From the NCBI GenBank assembly GCA_033764955.1, contig JANRIL010000024.1, positions 32,001-96,000 of the forward strand: 64,000 nt of DNA, given 5' to 3'. Below the pieces are notes generated by a model, which worked only from the letters and a program-made list of their open reading frames with translations, made no database searches and was not told the origin of the DNA. Source of the DNA: Cyanobacteriota bacterium. Its GTDB lineage: Bacteria; Cyanobacteriota; Cyanobacteriia; Thermostichales; Thermostichaceae. Each line of letters starts with the position of its first letter. Positions within the stretch are counted from its first letter, which is position 1. Of the stretch, positions 50,969-61,177 are shown piece after piece. The position numbers were made by a program, and so were the translations under genes.

Positions 50969-52534
50969 ATGGAGCAGCCACGGCGCTCGTTACTATCGAT
51001 TGCGGGGTTAGTGGCCGCTGCCACCCTCCTTAGTAAAGGGATCGGGTTTATTCGGCAATCTCTGATCGCTGCGACGTTTGGCTCTGGCTCGGATTACAGT
51101 GCCTTTGCGGTGGCTTATGTGCTACCGGGGTTCTTGCTGATCCTCTTGGGGGGAATTAATGGGCCGTTTCACAGCGCCATGATCAGTGTCCTGAAAAAAC
51201 GCACGGATCCTAATCAATCGGATTGGATTGACTCGATCACAACCTTGGTAACCTGTTTGTTGCTGGGGGTCACGGCCCTGCTGATGGTGTTTGCACAACC
51301 ACTGGTGGTACTGATGGCACCAGGAGCCAGTTCAGAGGTGCATCGATTGGCGGCAGAACAGCTACAGATTATGGCTCCCCTGGCGGTTTTTGCCGGATTG
51401 ATCGGCATTGGCTTCGGCACCTTAAACGCCAGAGAGCAATTTTTGTTGCCTGCTTTGAGTCCCCTTTTATCCAGCCTGTTGGTGATTGTTGCGATTGTGA
51501 TCTGGGGTCGCTCCGGCCAGAGTCAGGTCTTAGCTTGGGGAACTTTGGCGGGAGCCGTGGCGCAATGGCTGGTGCAGGTTCCCGTGCAAGCCAGATTGGG
51601 CTTGGGTCAGTTACGAATCTGCTTTGCCTGGGGATCCCCTGAAGTCAAAACGGTGGGTTTACTGATGCTGCCAGCGGTCATTTCCTCCGGCATGGTGCAT
51701 ATCAATGTCTATGTCGATATGTTTTTTGCCTCCTTTGTGCCGGGGGATCGGACGATTGGTAACTTAGGGTATGCCCAGTTGTTGGTGCAAACCCCCCTAG
51801 GGATCCTTTCTAATATGGTGCTGGTTCCCCTAATGCCCCTTTATGCCAGCCTTGCCGTTCCGGATCGCTGGCCGGAGTTCCGCCAACGCATTCGCCAGGG
51901 TGTTGTTTTGACCGCCCTGTTGATCCTACCCATGTCGATGCTCTTATCGGTGTTGGCACAGCCGATTGTGCAGGTGGCCTATGAACGAGGGCGCTTTACC
52001 CCCGACATCACTCAGGAGGTGGCAGCGCTTTTGACCGCCTATGGGGTGGGGATGGTCTTTTATCTGTTGCGGGATGTGGTAGTACGGATTTTTTATGCCT
52101 TGGAGGATGGACAGACTCCGCTGCGGGTTAGCCTGCTGGCGATCTTTTTGAATGCTGGACTGGATTGGGTAGGGCTAAAGCTGTTTGGCGCGCCCGGACT
52201 AGCCTTGGCTACCGCCGGCGTTAATGCCATCGCGCTACTGGTGCTAGGTATTGCCCTACAAAAGCGGTTGGGAGATTTGCCCTGGCAGTCAATCACTAAG
52301 GTTTTGGGGCAGCTTATGGTTATTACCCTGGGATCCGCCACCTGTACCTGGCTGACTTGGCAACAACTGACCGCCTGGGGATCCACCTGGGGGTGGCTGG
52401 GGCATCTGGCGGGAGCCTGTGGAGCGGGAATCATTGGCCTGTTAGTGTTTGGGATAGCCGCCGTATTATTACGGATCCCAGAAGTTCAGGAATTACGGAA
52501 TTATGGCTTAACTCGTCTCCGCAAATCTGAGTAA
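50969..52534 (+). CDS. murJ: Lipid II flippase
   Basis: ATLLSK.IGFIR, GGINGPFHSA, YERGRF, RIFYALED. Confidence 0.93.
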   Translation: MEQPRRSLLSIAGLVAAATLLSKGIGFIRQSLIAATFGSGSDYSAFAVAYVLPGFLLILLGGINGPFHSAMISVLKKRTDPNQSDWIDSITTLVTCLLLGVTALLMVFAQPLVVLMAPGASSEVHRLAAEQLQIMAPLAVFAGLIGIGFGTLNAREQFLLPALSPLLSSLLVIVAIVIWGRSGQSQVLAWGTLAGAVAQWLVQVPVQARLGLGQLRICFAWGSPEVKTVGLLMLPAVISSGMVHINVYVDMFFASFVPGDRTIGNLGYAQLLVQTPLGILSNMVLVPLMPLYASLAVPDRWPEFRQRIRQGVVLTALLILPMSMLLSVLAQPIVQVAYERGRFTPDITQEVAALLTAYGVGMVFYLLRDVVVRIFYALEDGQTPLRVSLLAIFLNAGLDWVGLKLFGAPGLALATAGVNAIALLVLGIALQKRLGDLPWQSITKVLGQLMVITLGSATCTWLTWQQLTAWGSTWGWLGHLAGACGAGIIGLLVFGIAAVLLRIPEVQELRNYGLTRLRKSE

Positions 52535-52778
52535 GGTCATACCTTTGTCACAAATGTAACGAATCGCAGCATAGAATCACTCATCTTGGCGTGGGATCCC
52601 TGAATGGCAGGTTATTGTCTGACTCAGAAAGGGTAGATTTAACATAATCGGATCCCTCGAATGGCGCTTCTCTACCTCCAAACCGGTTCAGATATACTTA
52701 GAGATAAGAGGTATCAGCCTAGGTTCAATTCGGATCCGGATTATCTGTAGTTCCTGAAGTTTTGTGGGAGAGTCACCG

Positions 52779-53333
52779 ATGACTACTGAACAACCTCCTC
52801 CTAAAGAACCCATCGGGCAAGTTTTCAAACGAGCCGGGCTGCTAAGTGAAGCTCAGGTACAGATAGCCCTGATGGATCAAGCTCAATATGCTGGCACCTT
52901 ATTTGGCGAGATTGTGGTGATGCGCGGGTGGATCAAACCCGAGACCCTGGCCTTTTTCCTAAATACCATCCTACCTACCCTGCAAGCGGCTCAACCCAGC
53001 CAGACCCCACCCTCCACCTCGGCACCTCAGGCAGAGGATCTCTCCCAATATGCTTCAGTGCAAGCTCCCGCCATCAATCGGAGAATGGGTTCGGGAGCAA
53101 CGCCCAAAGCCACCACTCCTCAACCTCCCACTGCTGGCAAAACAACGGCTCAACCGCAAAAAAAGCAAGCGCAGCAGTCCTCCAAAAAGGCAGGCTGGGG
53201 GGGCTTGGATAGCTCGTTGGCGGCGGAACTGCGCTCGATGCGGGTGGAGGGATATGAAGTGGGCAGTGAGGATGAGTCGGAAATGTTGCTTGAGCAAGAT
53301 CTCTCGGAAGACGATTTAAAGAAGCTGCTTTGA
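52779..53333 (+). CDS. Hypothetical protein with an N-terminal MshEN-like motif pair and disordered tail
   Basis: PIGQVFKRAGLLSEAQVQIAL...FGEIVVMRGWIK. Confidence 0.65.
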   Translation: MTTEQPPPKEPIGQVFKRAGLLSEAQVQIALMDQAQYAGTLFGEIVVMRGWIKPETLAFFLNTILPTLQAAQPSQTPPSTSAPQAEDLSQYASVQAPAINRRMGSGATPKATTPQPPTAGKTTAQPQKKQAQQSSKKAGWGGLDSSLAAELRSMRVEGYEVGSEDESEMLLEQDLSEDDLKKLL

Positions 53334-53433
53334 CCGAGAAGATATCCGGTCGAAATCTCCAAAAGATCCCATTGACCGCTTCCTGCTAGGCTAACAAAGC
53401 CCAGATACCAGCCTACTTGTGGGTTACGTTGCT

Positions 53434-54066
53434 ATGCCAATCGGACTAACTCGCCGTGTTCGCAATCATGTCAACCCATTTCATGTTCAGTATCAAACGG
53501 CAGCGGAACCTCCCCACTGGGAAAGGATTTATGCCCAGTTGGCTCAGCCCTTTCATCTGGATATTGGCACTGGCTGTGGGCGATTTTTGCTGGCGATGGC
53601 TGAGCAGCAACCCGACTGGAATTTTTTGGGGGTAGAAATTCGCCAACCCCTCGTCGAAAGAGCCAATCAGTGGAGACAGGAGCTACATCTGACGAACCTG
53701 CATTTTTTGGCCGCCAATATCAACGTGTCCCTGCGTTCCCTGTTTGCCCCCCAGGATCTCAGCTTGGTGACTATTCAGTTTCCTGATCCCTGGTTTAAGA
53801 AACGTCACCAAAAACGACGGGTGGTACAACCGACCCTCGTTGCGGATCTGGCTCTGTTGTTGCGTAGTGGGGGATCCGTATTTCTGCAATCGGATATCGC
53901 CCCCGTAGCCGAAGAGATGGCGGAGCGATTTAGCCAGCATCCCGCCTTTATCAACCCTAACTCCCATCCCCTTGACCACAACCCGCTAGGGATCCCTACC
54001 CAGCGGGAGAGCCAATGTGTGCGGCTGGGATTACCCATCTATCGCTACTGGTTTGATCGTCTGTGA
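53434..54066 (+). CDS. trmB: tRNA (guanine-N7) methyltransferase
   Basis: RVRNHVNP, DIGTGCG, GVEIR, QFPDPWFKKRHQKRR. Confidence 0.95.
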   Translation: MPIGLTRRVRNHVNPFHVQYQTAAEPPHWERIYAQLAQPFHLDIGTGCGRFLLAMAEQQPDWNFLGVEIRQPLVERANQWRQELHLTNLHFLAANINVSLRSLFAPQDLSLVTIQFPDPWFKKRHQKRRVVQPTLVADLALLLRSGGSVFLQSDIAPVAEEMAERFSQHPAFINPNSHPLDHNPLGIPTQRESQCVRLGLPIYRYWFDRL

Positions 54067-54173
54067 TCCCTGCCAATAGTCCTGCTGCTTGCCTTTCGCC
54101 CAGAGGTGGGTTATCACCAGGGAATTCTTATTCACCCTGGCTCATTCCCTCTCCAGTTATTTGAGGATTCATC

Positions 54174-55262
54174 ATGCGGCGGCGGCATCTATTGCAGTGG
54201 GGAGCTTTCGGGGGATCCCTCTGGCTGGGGGGATCCGTGATGTCCCAGCAGCTATCGGGCACCGAGATCCTGGAGGGGGCTTTCCCTCTTCTGGATCTGA
54301 GGGATTTTTCCCAGCCTCTCCCCGCCCATTGGCTAACCGAAACCTCGGCGTTTTATGTGCAGTCAGCTTTTGGCACCCCAGAGGTGGATCTGGACACTTG
54401 GCGCTTAACGATTGATGGGTTAGTAAAGCAATCCCTGAGTTTCACCCTAGCGGAGATTCAGGCTGAGCCTGCCGAAGACTTTTATTGGACGCTCCAGTGT
54501 ATCGGCAATCCTGCCGGAGGAGAATTGATTGGCAATGCTCTCTGGAGGGGGTGTCGTCTTTTGCCCCTGCTTGAGCGGGTCGGCATCCCTTCCACTACGC
54601 CTGCCTTTGCTTTGCATGGGGCGGATGGCTATGTAACGGCTCTTCCCACCGCCAGCCTGCTTCACCCTGATGTGCGGTTGGCCTATCGCATGAATGGGGA
54701 TCCCTTACCTGCCCAACATGGCGCTCCCCTGCGTGTCTTCATCCCTGGCAAATATGGACAAAAACAACCGAAATGGCTGACCCAGATCACCGGCATCCCC
54801 AGTTGGCAAAAAGGGCATTGGGAACGCTTAGGTTGGTCAAATGAAGCGAATATCCTCACCCAAGCCTTGCCCCGACAACTTCAGTCGATGGCAGACCCTC
54901 CTCCTTCTCCCGCCTTATCTAAGGGGCAGCGGGTTTCCCAAAAAGTCTCTCGTCTCACCCTACCCACAGGGCGAATTGTTCTGGCTGGGGTGGCGCTGGC
55001 TAGTGGGCAGGCCATCTCGCAGGTTTTGGTGAGTGCGGATGGAGGCACCACCTGGCAGATTGCCAACCAAAATCAGCCCGATACTCCCTACGAGTGGACG
55101 CTCTGGCGTTACGCTTGGTCATTGCCGGAGGTCGGGAACTATGAATTGATGGCGCGAGCGGTTACTCCTGACGGAGCACAGCAACCGTTGAACGACATTA
55201 TTCCCTTTGATGGGACGAACGCGGTGTTGCGGATCCGCCTCAAGTTGGTGGATAGCCCGTAG
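54174..55262 (+). CDS. Molybdopterin-dependent oxidoreductase (sulfite oxidase family), Tat signal
   Basis: MRRRHLL, TLQCIGN, GNALWRG, HGAPLR, YGQKQPKWL. Confidence 0.88.
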   Translation: MRRRHLLQWGAFGGSLWLGGSVMSQQLSGTEILEGAFPLLDLRDFSQPLPAHWLTETSAFYVQSAFGTPEVDLDTWRLTIDGLVKQSLSFTLAEIQAEPAEDFYWTLQCIGNPAGGELIGNALWRGCRLLPLLERVGIPSTTPAFALHGADGYVTALPTASLLHPDVRLAYRMNGDPLPAQHGAPLRVFIPGKYGQKQPKWLTQITGIPSWQKGHWERLGWSNEANILTQALPRQLQSMADPPPSPALSKGQRVSQKVSRLTLPTGRIVLAGVALASGQAISQVLVSADGGTTWQIANQNQPDTPYEWTLWRYAWSLPEVGNYELMARAVTPDGAQQPLNDIIPFDGTNAVLRIRLKLVDSP

Positions 55263-55380
55263 ATGAGGGGTAAATCCCTGCAACGCCTCTGGGTGTGATG
55301 GCTGTAGATTTCTGTATCTGTGCGGATCCCGCTTGTCCTGCAATATGCCAGGATGCAACTAAGGATCTGGGTATCAACCT

Positions 55381-55647
55381 ATGCTTTCTGGCTCATCACC
55401 TGACCCTGTTCGTCAAAAGGCTTTAGCCGCCCTCACGGCTGAGCTGACCGCCCAAGGACACCCCAGTCCGTATGCCCAGCAGATGGCCGCCGCCCTTATC
55501 TTTCAGGCAGACCTAGACTTGTGCAGCGCTCAATTGGCTCGCTTGCTAGCTTGGCTGAAAGAGCAGCACCATCAGATTTATCCCGATGCGCTGGCTCTGG
55601 TCAACCAAACCCGTGAGGAGTTTGAACGGCGGGTACAAAACGGCTAA
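55381..55647 (+). CDS. Hypothetical small helical protein
   Basis: 88-aa ORF between clear genes with protein-like composition. Confidence 0.65.
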   Translation: MLSGSSPDPVRQKALAALTAELTAQGHPSPYAQQMAAALIFQADLDLCSAQLARLLAWLKEQHHQIYPDALALVNQTREEFERRVQNG

Positions 55648-55674
55648 GCACTACTCGTTTAGGGATCCTCCCCC

Positions 55675-56397
55675 TCAGCGATCGGCGCAATAGCGATAGC
55701 CCGCTTGCGGTACACCCGTTTCTCCCGCTACATCTAAAAAACTGGAGGGAAGAGAGCGCATGGGATGGTGGGTAATCACGCTGTAGTGGAGATGAGGCAC
55801 TCCATTGCGAGAAACCCCGCTCCTGCCGATCACCTGTCCCGCCCGCACCGCTTGATGCCGCTTTACCGTAACACTACTCAAGTGTCCGTAGAGGGTACGC
55901 ACCTGGGGAGTATGGTCAATCACAATCGCCATGCCATCCCCACGGTTGGATTCAATCACGCCAATTTGCCCCGCTGCCGCCGCCGTGATTAGGGATCCCC
56001 TCTGCATGCCAAAATCCCAGGCATAGCGGTTGGAGGGGAGATAGTGGCTATAGGAGCCGTGGTTCCCTTGCAAAACAGGATGACACTGCCGACGGGGAAA
56101 GGGTAATTGATAGCCCCGCCACACCTCTGGATCAAGCAAAGCCCGCAGTTTTTCTCGATAGTTTTGCAGGGATCCCCTCTGCCTAGGGGGATAAGCCCGA
56201 ATCATCTGATCCACCAAGTCAATAGAGGCTTGCCATTGCTGCTGTCCTACCGCCTGCTGAAGTTGGGCTTGTAGCTGTTGAGTGGAAGCAGCGAATCCTT
56301 GTGTAGCCAGATAAAAAGCCCCTAACACACCACATAACATAGCTAGCCAACCGTTAACCCTCCGGAATAGGGTGGAGGAATTGTTAATATCTTTCAT
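55675..56397 (-). CDS. M23 family peptidase
   Basis: SH...AWDF, LYGHL, PHLHY. Confidence 0.85.
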   Translation of the reverse strand: MKDINNSSTLFRRVNGWLAMLCGVLGAFYLATQGFAASTQQLQAQLQQAVGQQQWQASIDLVDQMIRAYPPRQRGSLQNYREKLRALLDPEVWRGYQLPFPRRQCHPVLQGNHGSYSHYLPSNRYAWDFGMQRGSLITAAAAGQIGVIESNRGDGMAIVIDHTPQVRTLYGHLSSVTVKRHQAVRAGQVIGRSGVSRNGVPHLHYSVITHHPMRSLPSSFLDVAGETGVPQAGYRYCADR

Positions 56398-56499
56398 AGC
56401 TAGTTAGTCTTTGCTTTTTGGGGATGTCTTGCGGATTTTATTCTTACCAAATACAACTCATCAATACATCATTGGCAAACTGAGCCGAAATATCTAATC

Positions 56500-57138
56500 A
56501 TGAATGCCGATCACCCAGAGCAGCTTGAGGTTTCTCAGGAACCTTTTCCTTCAATCCCCCTTCAGCAAGGGGATCCCTTGGCCATCCAAACCTGGCTCAA
56601 TCAGCAATTAACCTCCCGTGATTTGACGATCACCGCCAAACGGCAGGGGCAGGAGCTACGCCTGTTGCTGGAGTCTCCTCAGTTATTGGGGGCTGAGCCG
56701 CTCACCACCCAGATCCAGGAACTTCTCAAGAGCCTACAAACCGACTCCATTGCTCAGGTTTGGCTCTACGGCAAACAACTGGAGGATCCGATTCCCAACT
56801 GGCACTCCTCTTTTGAACTGCCCACCGATTTACCCGCCAAACCCCCTAGCAAAATTGAATTGGCTAAACAGGGGGATCCCCAGGCATTTCAACAAATTTT
56901 AGACTACTTATTGCTGTCGGAAGGATGTTCCAGCAAGATCCATCTGAATCGCCAAGTGGGATCGATGCAGGTGATCATTCAGGGGGAAGAGGTGCCCGAT
57001 CAAGCTCGTCTCACCGATCTGGTCTACAAAACCCTAACCCGCCTTGACCTGAAATTTGTCAAAAAACTCAGGATCGCTGGACAAAAACGTGGCTCTTTCT
57101 TCCCCAGTTGGAGTGGCGATCTCGATACCCGCCTTTAG
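56500..57138 (+). CDS. Hypothetical protein with an internal duplicated domain
   Basis: Two repeats: QGDPLAI...YGKQ...W and QGDPQAF...AGQK...W. Confidence 0.7.
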   Translation: MNADHPEQLEVSQEPFPSIPLQQGDPLAIQTWLNQQLTSRDLTITAKRQGQELRLLLESPQLLGAEPLTTQIQELLKSLQTDSIAQVWLYGKQLEDPIPNWHSSFELPTDLPAKPPSKIELAKQGDPQAFQQILDYLLLSEGCSSKIHLNRQVGSMQVIIQGEEVPDQARLTDLVYKTLTRLDLKFVKKLRIAGQKRGSFFPSWSGDLDTRL

Positions 57139-57351
57139 GCTAGTTTTCGTCCGAAGTCAGAGGGATTTCCAAGACTGCCAAAATTCTCCGCGAGGGAACA
57201 TCGGGCTGGGAGAGATCCGGATCCCCTGAGACAGCGTATTCTTTGGAAAGTGCTTCGTGCATGAAACACTGGCCGCTCATCTGTCAGCCTAAGCATACTC
57301 TTGGCGTTAGGGTGAGGTGGAGTCACAAAGGATGGGAGGAAAATTCTGCCT

Positions 57352-57894
57352 ATGTCAGGATCTGTTGGGGCATCCCCTCGCTCGACTGCCTTTTGGTCGA
57401 TTTGCCGCCGCGTTTATTTGGTTTGGGCTGTGATTGTGTTGGGGGGGTTTGTGGCTACCCATTTTTATCAGGCGGCTGGAGCTAACTGGTTTTGGCTGAT
57501 ACTTTCCTTAATGGGGTTGGGTTATATGATGCGACAAACCCAGTTGCCAGAGTTTCACAAAGCCGGACTGGCTCACCTGTTTTATGTGGCGATGGTCTGG
57601 ACACTCACCATTGCCCTGGGCATGGTGATTTCGGTGATCCCATTTCTTAATACCAACCCCCTCACCCCCTTGAGCCTCTATCTGGGGGCGTTTTGGTTGT
57701 TTCAGATGGGAACCGGACACCTCTTGAATGGGATGGTGGATCCTCCCCGTCAAATTTATTGGTTGACAGGAGGATTGCAGTATGTCGCGGGTGGGTTGTG
57801 TTTGGGGATCCCGGCCTTGTTGTCTTGGCAGTATCTTTTGGCCGGTGTAGTGGGAGGATTGGCGATGATCCTCTTGATTGTTTTGAGGCGTTAA
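57352..57894 (+). CDS. Hypothetical membrane protein
   Basis: About six hydrophobic segments. Confidence 0.7.
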   Translation: MSGSVGASPRSTAFWSICRRVYLVWAVIVLGGFVATHFYQAAGANWFWLILSLMGLGYMMRQTQLPEFHKAGLAHLFYVAMVWTLTIALGMVISVIPFLNTNPLTPLSLYLGAFWLFQMGTGHLLNGMVDPPRQIYWLTGGLQYVAGGLCLGIPALLSWQYLLAGVVGGLAMILLIVLRR

Positions 57895-58910
57895 AACCTT
57901 GCCCAGGCTTTGATTAAGGATTTAATTGTTGATAACAGTGTAGGGGGAGCTGCCGATTCTGGCACATATTCGGGCAAAAAGTCTGAAGCAGGATCAAAGC
58001 GAATTTTTGAGATCTCAAACACAGAAAAGGATCCTCCCTTTGTGGGCAACTGCAGACCATTTCTATCTCCCACCAAAACTTTATCCTTGATCATTTCATA
58101 AACTGGCTCCGAAACCAATAAACTACTGCTCACTCCATGATTAGCCAGTTCAACTCGTCCGGCAAAGTTAATCGAATTTCCCACTGCCACTATCTTCGTA
58201 GAATCGTGAGGATCTACATAAATCAAGACAGCAGATCCGTAGTGAATGCCAATACTGAGGCTGATTTTTCGGTAGGACAGTTGTTGAAGTGTTTCGTTTA
58301 ATTCATTGACAGATTCAATCATTTCCAGTCCAGCTCGAATAGCTTTTTCTACAGAGCTATCTGATTTTTTTTGAGGCTGATCAATTCCAAAGAGGGCGGA
58401 CAAACGCAAGCCCATATAACCATTAATAACTCCACCATGCTGATGAATGACAGATTTCATACGGTAGTAATAACGACCCAATGTATAGATCATGTCATAG
58501 GGAAAATTAACCTCATCAAAATTAGTCAGTCCACGAATACTAGCAGAGAGAATAGCCACTGTTTTTTTTGTGCCAATGGAACCGACAGCCACTTGGTTTT
58601 TGACAACTTCAATATCTTCGTTATCAATGACTAAACGCTGAATAGAAATGTCTCCTTTTACTTTCGTCTGGCAGGCTAAACGAATATGAACAGGCAGGTC
58701 TAATTTCTCAGCTAAGACTTTCTCAGATGGAGTCATAATCGTACAATTCTCGATGCCATCTAGGATCATCACCCGACAGGTGGAGCAAATAGCGTTGCCA
58801 CCACAGGCATGAACGTGACGAATCTCTTGACTGAGCAATGATTGTAAAATAGTTTGGTATGGGCTAGCTTCGACAACAATATTGTCCGGTGAGCAGTTAA
58901 TGGTAGGCAT
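57891..58910 (-). CDS. 2Fe-2S ferredoxin fused to a degenerate class III nucleotide cyclase domain
   Basis: HACGGNAICSTC...RLACQ; cyclase-like SIGIHYG and VGNSINFAGRVE. Confidence 0.85.
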   Translation of the reverse strand: MPTINCSPDNIVVEASPYQTILQSLLSQEIRHVHACGGNAICSTCRVMILDGIENCTIMTPSEKVLAEKLDLPVHIRLACQTKVKGDISIQRLVIDNEDIEVVKNQVAVGSIGTKKTVAILSASIRGLTNFDEVNFPYDMIYTLGRYYYRMKSVIHQHGGVINGYMGLRLSALFGIDQPQKKSDSSVEKAIRAGLEMIESVNELNETLQQLSYRKISLSIGIHYGSAVLIYVDPHDSTKIVAVGNSINFAGRVELANHGVSSSLLVSEPVYEMIKDKVLVGDRNGLQLPTKGGSFSVFEISKIRFDPASDFLPEYVPESAAPPTLLSTIKSLIKAWARF

Positions 58911-59090
58911 ATCTATAATCCCCTCTTAAATAGATTGATTTTAACACATCAAAATCAATTCACACCCATAATTTATACCAACTCTAAAAAGAGATTCCAC
59001 CGTAAAGTCAAACTCTATTTTCCAAAACAATCTGGCTTAACATCCCCATACCTATGCTACTTTTTTTCAGGGAGCATCTTTCCACAAACT

Positions 59091-59582
59091 ATGCTGATTC
59101 GTCCTGCTCAATCCTCTGATGTTGCAGCCATCCTTGATATCTATAACGAAGCAGTTCTAAACACCACTGCTAGTTATGAGTATCAACCCCGTTCTTTTGC
59201 TTTACAAATGGACTGGTTTGCCGAGCACAAAGAATCGGGTTACCCCATTATTGTCGCTGAAAATACTGAGACTCAAATTTTGGGATGGGGATCCCTGAGC
59301 CGCTATCACAGCCGTTGGGGATATCGCTTTACAGTGGAAGACTCCATTTATGTGGCGGTGGGATCCCGTGGTCAAGGCATTGGGAAGATGCTTTTGGGTC
59401 GTTTGATCACATCGGCTCAAGAGCGCCAGTTTCATACCATTGTGGCCGCTATTGATGCTGCTAATATGGTTAGCCGCAAACTGCACGAAAAATTTGGGTT
59501 TATTCAGGTCGGATGTTTGCGTGAGGTCGGATATAAATTTGATCGATGGCTAGATGTTGCCTACATGCAGTTGTTGCTTTAG
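59091..59582 (+). CDS. GNAT, phosphinothricin/methionine-sulfoximine acetyltransferase-like
   Basis: IYNEAV, VEDSIYV, GQGIG, EVGYKFDRWLD. Confidence 0.9.
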   Translation: MLIRPAQSSDVAAILDIYNEAVLNTTASYEYQPRSFALQMDWFAEHKESGYPIIVAENTETQILGWGSLSRYHSRWGYRFTVEDSIYVAVGSRGQGIGKMLLGRLITSAQERQFHTIVAAIDAANMVSRKLHEKFGFIQVGCLREVGYKFDRWLDVAYMQLLL

Positions 59583-59741
59583 TCTTATCAACCCATCAAG
59601 CAGCATGGAAATACACCCACTGTTTTTCAATACAAATTCAACCGGAATTGAGCTTATGAATAGGGTTGCTTCCCGAAATTGTTTCCTATATTTCGCGGAT
59701 AATTTTCCCATTCCTTTCTCCAATTCCAGTAGCATAGAAGG

Positions 59742-60181
59742 GAAGAGATAGCAGGGGCAGGTGATCGCGTCCTAATTTTTTAGGATGAGGAAAGTCCGGG
59801 CACCCTGAAGAACACATCGCTGGAGAAACTTCCAGTGCGGGTAACCGTGAGGATAGTGCCACAGAAACATACCGCCGATGGCAGCGTGTCTGCACAGGTA
59901 AGGGTGCAATGGTGGGGCGCAAGCTTAATGTAAGAGCCCACCAGCAACATCGAGAGGTGTTGGCTTGGTAAACCCCGATGGGGTGCAAGGCCGCAACAGC
60001 AGGAACATGGCTGTTCTTCGTCCCTGTCTGTTGCACCATCGTGATCAGAGGGATCCCTTCTGACTCAACGATGGTGAAGGTGTGCCGCAAGAGGTTGGTG
60101 GTAACATCAATCCCAGATAGATGATCGCCCATGTTCAGTTTGAACACCGACAGAACCCGGCTTACAACCTGCTGTCTCTTC
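59742..60181 (+). ncRNA. rnpB: RNase P RNA, type A
   Basis: GAGGAAAGTCCGGGC, AGTGCCACAGAAA, GGTAAACCCC, ACAGAACCCGGCTTA; terminal P1 gaagagatagcagg/cctgctgtctcttc. Confidence 0.97.
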
Positions 60182-60319
60182 GTCTCAAGTTTATTATGAA
60201 AAACCCCCCCTATTCAAAAGATAGGAGGGATGTGGTTGGATGAGTCTCTCAGAAATTATTTAGATAGAGATGCCTTGCTCATTAGAAAAATTTCAAGGCC
60301 GTTTTAGAGATACTGAAGC

Positions 60320-60355
60320 TCTCCATTGACTTATCAGTCTCCATTGACTTATCAG
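60320..60355. repeat. 18-bp exact tandem duplication
   Basis: tctccattgacttatcag occurs twice back to back. Confidence 0.85.
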
Positions 60356-60396
60356 ACAGTGAGAGCAAGCAGTAAGAGCAGGGAGTCAGAAGCTAA

Positions 60397-60834
60397 TTAG
60401 GCAATGCTCACTTTCACCACTCTATTTTTTTCTGCTTCCGCCTTTGGCAGCGTCAAGGTGAGGATCCCATCTTTATAGTCAGCTTGCACTTTGTCGTTTT
60501 GGATTCTCACATTGAGGGGGATAACTCTTTGGAATCGTCCATAACGAAACTCGGTGCGAGTCATGCCTTTTTCTTCAGTTTTGATCTCAGATTTGCGCTC
60601 CCCAGCAATAGAAACCGCCTCAGTAGTGACCTGAATATCAAGATCTTTGGCATCAATACCAGGGATTTCTAGCTTGAGATGTAACGCTTCTGTGGTTTCC
60701 TGCATCTCCGCAGCCGGAATAAAGTGAACACCATTTTCTCTTGTGGTCGCAGGAGCTAAACGCTCGAATAGCCGGTTCATCTCTCGCTGAATCTCATCAA
60801 CTTCTCGGAAGGGTTCCCAACGAATTAGAGCCAT
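60397..60834 (-). CDS. hspA: Small heat shock protein Hsp20
   Basis: MALIRWEPFRE, EFRYGRFQR, ADYKDGILTLTLPK. Confidence 0.95.
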   Translation of the reverse strand: MALIRWEPFREVDEIQREMNRLFERLAPATTRENGVHFIPAAEMQETTEALHLKLEIPGIDAKDLDIQVTTEAVSIAGERKSEIKTEEKGMTRTEFRYGRFQRVIPLNVRIQNDKVQADYKDGILTLTLPKAEAEKNRVVKVSIA

Positions 60835-61177
60835 AGCCGTAACCTCTTGTTTTGGGTATCGTTTCAGAGGCTTGTTATATCTAACCTCTTTCTAGTACTA
60901 GAGTAATCTTCTCCAATAACAGAAGAAGTGCGGCAAACTATCCTAAACAATTCGCAAATACCGATCTCGTGAGTTGACTATCATATCGCTATCAATAGCC
61001 ACCAATACCTAGCAGATAAAGTCACTTAGAGAGGATCGGGATTCCGATCTCCTTTATGAATGGGGATGGGGAAAACCGTATGACTCATTCGCCCTTTTGT
61101 TGGAAGATAGTTGATGTGCTGCTAAAATCCAGACTCAATAGATACACGGCCACCTTTTCGTAACCACTAACGATCCC

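Noticed and set aside
41349..55262. fdhD, mobA and sulfite-oxidase-like genes as a molybdenum-enzyme cluster
   Set aside because: They are dispersed among unrelated genes and no formate dehydrogenase subunit is in the window.
59686..60147. 153-aa minus-strand ORF
   Set aside because: Antisense to rnpB.
60928..61085. Rre1/heat-shock operator upstream of hspA (gtgcgg...ccgat; gatcgg/ccgatc palindrome)
   Set aside because: Match too degenerate to support by eye.
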